Positions 57,401-64,000 of a DNA stretch of 64,000 nt are shown piece after piece. A program made the translations under genes and the position numbers. Within the stretch, counting starts at the first letter, position 1, and each line of letters opens with the position of its first letter. The notes beneath the pieces were generated by a model. That model did no database searches, was not told where the DNA came from, and saw only the letters and a list, made by a program, of their open reading frames with translations. The stretch covers positions 124,001 through 188,000 of IMG/VR virus record IMGVR_UViG_3300028676_000003; one strand, given 5' to 3'.

Positions 57401-58326
57401 ATAGTGGGCTTAGTGTTATTCAATCGTTCAGTATTAGTGGACCGCCAAGACTTTATGGTACAGCGGCAGTAACACAAAATGCTACTACTGATGCGGCTAA
57501 TGATGGACAAATAACAATATCTAGTGTTGGTGGTGGTTCAGGAACGTATTACTATCAATTATATGATAATAATGGTGGAACAGTAAGACCAAAAACACTT
57601 CTTACTAGTGTACCAACAACGATTACAAACTTGCCAATTAATATACTAACAAATGGTCAAACACCACCTAATTTTGGTTATAGACTTGTTATAAGTGATT
57701 CTGATGATAACTTATTAACAATTCCTAACTTATCAGTAAGTGGGCCTAATGTATTGAAATCAAATGTAGTTGTTTCTGATGTAACATGTTTCGGTGGAAA
57801 TAATGGTTCAATCAACTTAAATATTAGTGGCGGTCAACCACCATACTCAATATCAACAACAGGACCAGTAAATGAGGGTGAAGTATTCGAATCACCATTC
57901 GGAAGTATGTCAGATTTATTTGCTGGAACATATACATCGACTGTTATTGATGCACAAAGTAAAACACTAGTATTAACAACGGTTCTACCAACAATAAATA
58001 GTGAGATGTTGATAACTAAAGGATTCACATTTGATTTACAAAATCAAACTGATATTAATAATTTTATCATTCCGATATATGTATTAAAAGGTGGTGTTAG
58101 TGGACAACCAGTTAAGATTCAATTTAACTTGGATGGAGCTATTGATTCAAACGAAGATTACATTTGGATTAACACAAACGGTACATTTGTAGATACAACA
58201 ACACTAGTAACATTCAGTGTTCCAAGAACATCGTTGAATAGTTACATAACAATTAGAATAGCAAATACTAGTATGGCTTGTTTCAGTGAAGAAATAGATA
58301 TACAAGTTAGCGAAATGACACTTTAA
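54466..58326 (+). CDS. Large baseplate/tail-associated protein with Cys-rich region, hydrophobic segment and C-terminal SprB-like repeats
   Basis: GRVVINSGFGVPNAKVSIF transthyretin-like start, many Cys, VTCFGGNNGSINLNISGGQPPY repeat. Confidence 0.6.
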   Translation: MSNSIRIRTTPNGEDKYLKVNLEQDFDFLEILSLKISQEDAYRNFCSDYGVVVGRVVINSGFGVPNAKVSIFVPIDEIDSLDPEIKGLYPYEIVSDKNIDGIRYNLFPKTSETDNECFTPIGTFPSKREVLDNDILSDIYSKYYKFTTNTNHAGDFMIFGVPLGTYVLHVDADLSDIGIASQRPYDSISQGTPTKFFDSPTKYKGGTNLDTLIQVKSANMGVNVQPFWGSQDNCEIGITRVDLDLNYNIIPSAMFMGSLFGDQDKDSVNKNCRPRKGLGELCSQISGEGTIEMIRETIDGGIESFDVEGGRVIDSDGTWAYQIPMNLDYMVTDEFGNLAPSDNPNVGLATRASVRFRIGMDETGGIGRLRTRAKYLIPHNPSLGVPSEIDYEFGPKTKKTSFRSLYWNKIYSVNNFIARFQPNGTVRSRNMTGIKDVDSCVGTKNPFPYNKVNTSFSPIFFIICLLIKIVGGIIYIFNNVLIPVINFVIGIIKGIFDALCGVKLPGGKRLFKFACKSWEYVPCIFIKCPFDGEGAIYAPGCKKGSRGFDAVQPPPNYYPNDGFCHGKGFLDLAGLDDCVAATMAVELNLFQFDFYNDWINGSLFHFLLKYKRRKNSGKFCEFDCDDFEGSSMNDCHTNYIMDTCYDGGDNSEDKSYSTTIREGLIKKVGNDFYYAASTHDARVKMFATDIINLGSVFSCDWQGVPKIQQYLIPTTYKLPPITQELLEEDNKIVDVSGQFNIGCESSSLFFKINCLGIESSYRNCLNIRHISEFGVELDEYRFASNGTPIFVDGIISMADIDADENGGKWVRDVFYGLNKNREQFNLNFPFTTNFNIGQPLPEATYDFTSYASNGVDYVDFRGYALNSKNSFSQPKNSFFFYFGLNPSSSGLDKLNQRFFTPCTAIVEDEFIIEIKTTPTTRQTTADATMTFNFVNGTSPFTYSVSGPNSYLRTGSVIGSSATTLTGLAVGTYQITSTDDSGLSVIQSFSISGPPRLYGTAAVTQNATTDAANDGQITISSVGGGSGTYYYQLYDNNGGTVRPKTLLTSVPTTITNLPINILTNGQTPPNFGYRLVISDSDDNLLTIPNLSVSGPNVLKSNVVVSDVTCFGGNNGSINLNISGGQPPYSISTTGPVNEGEVFESPFGSMSDLFAGTYTSTVIDAQSKTLVLTTVLPTINSEMLITKGFTFDLQNQTDINNFIIPIYVLKGGVSGQPVKIQFNLDGAIDSNEDYIWINTNGTFVDTTTLVTFSVPRTSLNSYITIRIANTSMACFSEEIDIQVSEMTL

Positions 58327-58327
58327 G

Positions 58328-60133
58328 ATGGAAAGAATAAAACAAAGACTTAACGTAATTAAATCAAAGAGTTCGGTAAATACGGACACTTTATTTAAGG
58401 TTAATATTGAAGGTAAAGAAAGACTCTTACCGACAAATGAAATAAACAAGGTACTTAATGTTGCTGACAGATTTAACACTGAAAGACAACGTTGCAGTTA
58501 TTATAGAATCATTGGAACAATAAACCCAACGATTTCAAATCCATTATTTAATTTAACTGATTCAAGTCTTCTAAACAAATATACATTCGCTGGATTCAAT
58601 AATCTTGAATTCCTAGATTCATCATACCCAAAAGATAATGATGTAATCGACCAATCAGATTTTACATATCCAAATTCTATCAAAAAATTTTTAAAAGAAC
58701 ATGATGGATGGTTTGGTTATTCTGAACCTGATTTAACCAAGGCTAGTCTTTGTGGTTATTATGATATGGAACCTAAAAGACAAAGATTTTCATTCTTGCC
58801 TGATACAAACCCATACCATAGTAATGTTTCTACTCCATTAAAAAATTGGGAGCTAACAATTACCTACCCTAAAACTACTGATAAGGTACACCCTATAGTA
58901 AATGGGGGGTTACTAATTATAGATATACAACCAGTTATAGTGGCTAGTAGGGGTATGACAGCCTTTGGTATACCATGTAATCACAATGTATTGGTAGGGG
59001 ATGTAGTTAGAATAACAGGTACACAGGGTTTTGATGGTGATTTCGTTGTTGTAAGACTAGGTTTAGATGATGGAGACCTTAAATTAAACTATTTTGTACT
59101 AGATATTCCAAGTACAGGTAGTATAAATCAGAATTCTAGGTTCAAAAAGATGATAGGTGGTGTTGAATCAGAGTATTATTTTAGAAAATTCAGAAAAATT
59201 GCTACAAAAATGTCTAGTATTATCGAAACTGACGATTATGAAACGTATCAAGCAGGTTTTTCTGAGAATATTTACAATGATGCTATAACACAATTCGTTT
59301 TTAATGAAGATATTGATGTAAATGGACTTACTGATAATCTAAATAGACCACTTAGTGAGTTATTTTTTAGTGTAATTAAGACAAATAGCAATAATTTATT
59401 CACAAATGTTGCTTCAGGTATAGAAATTCCATTCATTCCTAGTCTTAATACTAGTAATGTGAACACATATTTGCAAAAAGTACCATGTATTAGCAAGATT
59501 CATAACGGAAATCAGATACCTTTTCCTTCACATGTACCCCTAGAGGCAAATATTACTATTAATAATAACAATGGTATAGTGGGTAATAATGATTTTTATG
59601 GTGATTTGGTAGAATATAACACTACTACACTACTAGAAACAGTATTATCGGTAGTATCACATAGGTTTAATACTCTAAATAGGGAGACCCCTTCTAATAT
59701 AAGCTATGTAAATGGCCTTTCTAGTATACTACCTATAGTACCTATACTAGCTAATATAGACCTAGGTCCTAGACAAGAGGGGTATTATTACCAAGCACAC
59801 TATCTAATAAAGATTAGAGAGTTTTCTAACTATATAGAAGAAGGGAATTCACTAACGATTGATATACCTGATTATGCAACTAATTTAGGTGATGGTAGAT
59901 ATTTATGGAGAGACCTTATAGAAATTGGTTTTAATGAAAGTAGTGAAAAAGCATTAGACTATCCGTTTTTAAATGGTAGTCATTATATGTACGATAATTA
60001 TGTTTTTAATTTAAAAAGACAAGACCCATTTGCTACTTGGGGATTATATTACAGTAAGTTCCCGTCAGACCCAATTGGTGATAGAATAACAGATATATTT
60101 ACAACAAAAACAACAGATACAGATGTTTGCTAA
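58328..60133 (+). CDS. Hypothetical structural protein (601 aa)
   Basis: Tightly packed in the baseplate operon. Confidence 0.6.
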   Translation: MERIKQRLNVIKSKSSVNTDTLFKVNIEGKERLLPTNEINKVLNVADRFNTERQRCSYYRIIGTINPTISNPLFNLTDSSLLNKYTFAGFNNLEFLDSSYPKDNDVIDQSDFTYPNSIKKFLKEHDGWFGYSEPDLTKASLCGYYDMEPKRQRFSFLPDTNPYHSNVSTPLKNWELTITYPKTTDKVHPIVNGGLLIIDIQPVIVASRGMTAFGIPCNHNVLVGDVVRITGTQGFDGDFVVVRLGLDDGDLKLNYFVLDIPSTGSINQNSRFKKMIGGVESEYYFRKFRKIATKMSSIIETDDYETYQAGFSENIYNDAITQFVFNEDIDVNGLTDNLNRPLSELFFSVIKTNSNNLFTNVASGIEIPFIPSLNTSNVNTYLQKVPCISKIHNGNQIPFPSHVPLEANITINNNNGIVGNNDFYGDLVEYNTTTLLETVLSVVSHRFNTLNRETPSNISYVNGLSSILPIVPILANIDLGPRQEGYYYQAHYLIKIREFSNYIEEGNSLTIDIPDYATNLGDGRYLWRDLIEIGFNESSEKALDYPFLNGSHYMYDNYVFNLKRQDPFATWGLYYSKFPSDPIGDRITDIFTTKTTDTDVC

Positions 60134-60974
60134 TACATACAAAATTAACCTTAAAACAATGAATAGTGGAGCTACAGCTACCACTATTACTTTTCCTATT
60201 GATATGAGTTTTCAAGCCGTTGACCAAGGAGAGTTGATTGAACGTGTTTTTGTTGAAACTGAGACTGAAAACGCTATTAATCCAATCCTTAATTACGACA
60301 AGGTTAGATTCATGCCAACAACTCCTAATGACGTAATTGTAAATAAAATAATTTACAATGTAAATGTATTGGATGAGAACAGCCAATATGTTAATGTGTA
60401 TGGAAAGATTGGATTTACAGATGATGATATAAAATTTAAAAAAGAATCATTTAAACAAACGTTTGTTGAATTGGTATTTTTCGATACGGATAATGCATTA
60501 ACACAGAAACCTATCAACGACCTGACAATATTTTCAAATCTTAATTCAAGTGATTTATTGCCAATAGGTTCAAATAATGGAATCGGTGGACAACCTAAGC
60601 CAGCTATTCAGATTCCAATTAATTTTGTTCTTGAAAATCCAATAATAAATCCAATGGGTTTTGCTGAAGGATATCATTTATATGATTATAAAGATGAATT
60701 AGCTATAGGTCAGTCTAAAGATATCTATATGAGAGCAACATTTAAAAATGCAAAGACTGGTAAAGCGGTTAACCTTATGGTTAAACAATCACCACAGGCC
60801 ATTGATAAATTGGTTAATGAACTATATACTAGGTTTATTCTAACCCGTACTAGTAGTGGGTACTACTATAAATTAGATACTACATACCAAGGTAATGGTA
60901 TAGTAGGGGTAAATAACGTGGTTTATACCTCGAATTCGGTTACAATTGACCTATATGAAATAAAAGCACTATAA
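60123..60974 (+). CDS. Hypothetical structural protein (283 aa)
   Basis: Overlaps the previous ORF by 11 nt, coupled to the next. Confidence 0.6.
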   Translation: MFANTYKINLKTMNSGATATTITFPIDMSFQAVDQGELIERVFVETETENAINPILNYDKVRFMPTTPNDVIVNKIIYNVNVLDENSQYVNVYGKIGFTDDDIKFKKESFKQTFVELVFFDTDNALTQKPINDLTIFSNLNSSDLLPIGSNNGIGGQPKPAIQIPINFVLENPIINPMGFAEGYHLYDYKDELAIGQSKDIYMRATFKNAKTGKAVNLMVKQSPQAIDKLVNELYTRFILTRTSSGYYYKLDTTYQGNGIVGVNNVVYTSNSVTIDLYEIKAL

Positions 60975-61816
60975 TGAAAGTAGAAAAACGTAAAATATAT
61001 TTAGAAAGTAGTACTGATAGAAGTGCAAATAGTGAAACATGGGGTACAATGACTGCATCTACGTTTTATTTGAATGTTTTTATCACACAAGACGTGGATG
61101 ATATGGGTTTATTTACGGATATGTCATTTATTCCAAAGAATATTTCATCATCAACACCAAATTATCAAATATTATCAGATAAATTAAGAGATATTGGAGT
61201 AATTTTTCCATTTATGAATGGTTATGTACCAAATCAAATAACAAACTTAACTGAATCAGAGAAAAAAACACTTAGAATTCCTCAAAAAGTTGAATCTGAT
61301 TACTATAATTTTGGAAATTTACCGATAACTGGTAGAACTGATAGTAAAATTGATGATGTTAAGTCATATTCTAGTATAAATCCGTATAGAATTAACTTTA
61401 ATGTTAACAAAGCGGCCTATATTAACTACCAAAACACTACTATAGTAGGTGTAGATAGGATAAAAACTCTAGGAGACCCTAATATATACGTATTTGATAC
61501 GGTAGAGGATGTAAATTTAGGTACCCCTACACAAATTTATGGTATACAGTACCATGATTATACAGGTAGTACTACCCCATACACTACCTTTAGAATTCTA
61601 GGTGAGGGATGGAACCAAACTAACACTAGTATTTCTGCACTAGGTAAAGAAGAATACTTATTTGGAATTATTTCTAGACCAGAAGTTGAAAGTGATGTAT
61701 TTATAGATAGAGGTGCAATTAGTGTAATGGATATGCATTTGAAATTATCTGAAATTAAAAATCTTGGACAACTAACAAGATATGGAAACGGTTTTTATAA
61801 GATAAATAAACAATAA
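60974..61816 (+). CDS. Hypothetical structural protein (280 aa)
   Basis: TAATG coupling. C-terminal PEVESDVFIDRG motif. Confidence 0.6.
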   Translation: MKVEKRKIYLESSTDRSANSETWGTMTASTFYLNVFITQDVDDMGLFTDMSFIPKNISSSTPNYQILSDKLRDIGVIFPFMNGYVPNQITNLTESEKKTLRIPQKVESDYYNFGNLPITGRTDSKIDDVKSYSSINPYRINFNVNKAAYINYQNTTIVGVDRIKTLGDPNIYVFDTVEDVNLGTPTQIYGIQYHDYTGSTTPYTTFRILGEGWNQTNTSISALGKEEYLFGIISRPEVESDVFIDRGAISVMDMHLKLSEIKNLGQLTRYGNGFYKINKQ

Positions 61817-61886
61817 CAAGTGCTTACTTTTAGCAATCTTGTATTAAATTTAGATTTAATAATAAATAAAAAAATAAACAAATAAT

Positions 61887-62810
61887 ATGGCAACAGGAAC
61901 ATATGGAATAGTTAGACCAGCGGATATAAACCCTGAAGATGTAGAAATTTTCTACCATTATACTCCATCTAGAGATAATGTAGGGAACTCTACACTAATT
62001 AAACTAGATTCAGCGAGCGTTCTATCTAAGGTAGATAACCCTAACAAAACACAGTCAAATGTTACTGGTTTTGAGGTTTTCGGTGGAATGTATACACTAA
62101 AATTACCAGCGGCACAATTCGGAGCCAAAGGATTTTATTCGATTATGATTAAACCAGTCGAAATTAGAACAACTATCGTAGATGTTGGTGTTTTATCAGC
62201 ATTTCCTGATATTAAAGGACTAGTATTCGATTTATCGACAATTCCAAACACATTCCTTAGTAAGTTTGAGAATAATGGTCTTGTTGGGTATAGAATTGAG
62301 TATTTAAACACGAATACTGGTGGAAGTGATGCTAAATTGAACAATTTCTTTAGAGTTATTACATCAAACAACAGAGCTGAACCAGTTAACCAAAATCTTA
62401 CGAATTCTAATCAAAAAGCAATACGTTACAGATTCAACGACAATTCAACTCTTACATTTTGTACACTAACACCAGCTTCAGCATCAAATGTTAAACCAAA
62501 TGCGTTGCCATTCATTGGACAACCTAATCAACAAGTGATTATTACAAATACATTATTCAATCCATTTATGCTTGAAGTAGAAATGGTTGAACACGATATT
62601 GAAACTCTTGCATATGCATTGTTAGGAAACCAAAGCAAGTCTCTTGAAGATGGTATTTATACAATTTACAATTTCAGCAACGATATCTACAAACAATATA
62701 ACTTGTATGAAATAAAAGACCAATTTACTGGTAAACCATTGTTCGAGGTTAGAGAAGAAAGAACGGCTATAGATTTTAGCAAAACATTTAATAATGTAAC
62801 AACAATTTAA
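61887..62810 (+). CDS. Hypothetical structural protein (307 aa)
   Basis: Full ORF with A-rich translation initiation region. Confidence 0.65.
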   Translation: MATGTYGIVRPADINPEDVEIFYHYTPSRDNVGNSTLIKLDSASVLSKVDNPNKTQSNVTGFEVFGGMYTLKLPAAQFGAKGFYSIMIKPVEIRTTIVDVGVLSAFPDIKGLVFDLSTIPNTFLSKFENNGLVGYRIEYLNTNTGGSDAKLNNFFRVITSNNRAEPVNQNLTNSNQKAIRYRFNDNSTLTFCTLTPASASNVKPNALPFIGQPNQQVIITNTLFNPFMLEVEMVEHDIETLAYALLGNQSKSLEDGIYTIYNFSNDIYKQYNLYEIKDQFTGKPLFEVREERTAIDFSKTFNNVTTI

Positions 62811-62814
62811 TAAA

Positions 62815-64000
62815 ATGAGTGATAAAAAAATAAAAGTAGCGGGGTATGCAAAGAAGGTTGTATATGACGGTAACATAGAATACAGAAATTTCAGTCCTGA
62901 CCTAGTTGGTGTACAATTAGCTAGTAATGGTGGAACCCCTTTGTTTACAATGGGGAATTTTTCTATTACAACCAATCTTGACCCTAAAACCAATAAGTCT
63001 TTTATTACCAATAGTTTTTCAAATTTTACGTCTCTTGATGACTTACAGTTAACACTTGACCAAACCAAGGCTCTTTTAACAAATAATGCTGGTGTAATTC
63101 TTAACTTGGATAAAACCAATCTTAAATACTACTCATTATTTGGTTCACTTACTGAGTTTGTTAGAGTTTCATTGGAAAATGTTATTACTACTTGGCCCGC
63201 TTCATTGTATATGTATTCAGTGAATACTAATGCGGCAGGTACAACAATTACAAATAATACATTCGATAATTATACTTATGATAGTATTTCAGATACTTCT
63301 AGCTTTAGAGTTAATACAAATTCAATCATAAACAGCTTTGATATCAATTACCTTTTAAACGGAACTATCCAAGATACTTTCAATGCATCAAATGATATAA
63401 GAAACTTAACAGTAAACTTTTATTCATATGCTGTATTATTTGAAGGTGTGGAATTTCCAGTAATTGGATATACTGGTTCAACTGATACCGTAAACGATTT
63501 TATCTATTTTGATATCAAAGGAAACCCGTTTTCAGGACAACCAAACAATATAACTTATCACGTAAAGCCAAATAAGACGATTGAAGACACGTTCTTTAAT
63601 ACGTTGGATGATTTTACCTCTTATCTATTAAATCGTCTTATAACACCTGTTTATACGGCTACATTCAGTTATCCAATCAAATCTGAAGATGGATTGATTC
63701 TTTATGTAGATAAATCAGTAACTTGGCCTGTAAGTGATGGTTATAACATTGATTTTGATTCAGGTGAGTATTTGTCGTATGCAACAGAATTATTTGAAAT
63801 TGCAACAAATAATGACTTGTATACAAGTAACCTTATGAATAGATTTCTTGTATCGGAATCTATTACATCATTTGATACACAACCTGTATTCCTTGCCGAT
63901 GAGCATATGGATTCTTCAGGTCAAAAAATGAACAAGACTCTTAATCTTTATGGTCAAGAATTTGATGATATTAATAAGTTTATTACTGGTATTTCTTTTG
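62815..64000 (+). CDS. Partial CDS running off the window (MSDKKIKVAGY...), probable structural protein
   Basis: ATG at 62815, 4 nt after the previous stop. Frame appears open to the end. Absent from the ORF track, presumably because no stop is reached. Confidence 0.7.
   Translation, partial: MSDKKIKVAGYAKKVVYDGNIEYRNFSPDLVGVQLASNGGTPLFTMGNFSITTNLDPKTNKSFITNSFSNFTSLDDLQLTLDQTKALLTNNAGVILNLDKTNLKYYSLFGSLTEFVRVSLENVITTWPASLYMYSVNTNAAGTTITNNTFDNYTYDSISDTSSFRVNTNSIINSFDINYLLNGTIQDTFNASNDIRNLTVNFYSYAVLFEGVEFPVIGYTGSTDTVNDFIYFDIKGNPFSGQPNNITYHVKPNKTIEDTFFNTLDDFTSYLLNRLITPVYTATFSYPIKSEDGLILYVDKSVTWPVSDGYNIDFDSGEYLSYATELFEIATNNDLYTSNLMNRFLVSESITSFDTQPVFLADEHMDSSGQKMNKTLNLYGQEFDDINKFITGISF

Noticed and set aside
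1-64000. Stop-codon reassignment as in some large phages
   Set aside because: Long conserved genes read through intact in the standard code and pack tightly. No fragmented genes need TAG or TGA readthrough.
1-64000. tRNA genes or CRISPR arrays
   Set aside because: Intergenic gaps are short and explained by promoters and terminators. No cloverleaf or repeat-spacer pattern was seen.

Overview
This is a 64-kb piece of a large, AT-rich tailed-phage genome: a contractile-tail myovirus with T4-superfamily-like neck, sheath, tube, tape-measure and baseplate genes. It also carries a family-B DNA polymerase, primase, RuvC-like resolvase, SNF2 helicase, and a block of SSB, RecA-like recombinase, 5' exonuclease, DnaB-like helicase, nrdB and nrdA. 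The host is most likely Bacteroidota, because non-structural genes carry TTG-N19/20-TAnnTTTG promoters, starts lack Shine-Dalgarno sites, and a baseplate protein has SprB-like repeats. I saw no tRNA, rRNA, CRISPR array, intein or integrase. Signals not explained by the ORF track: (1) a probable +1/-2 programmed frameshift at C-UUU-UUU-UGG (26313-26322) extending a tail/baseplate chaperone; (2) a host-type promoter followed by 100 bp of 98% AT DNA and a terminator (30688-30845), a candidate R-loop origin or sRNA; (3) an unannotated 49-aa ribbon-helix-helix gene with candidate operator repeats next to the sheath gene; (4) a TATTTATA late-promoter-like motif, the reverse complement of the T4 late promoter, sometimes in palindromic pairs; (5) apparent avoidance of GCWGC and GATC through codon choice; (6) OmpA-like, lysozyme-like and SprB-like domains in baseplate proteins. 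All family calls come from motif recognition by eye; no database searches were run.
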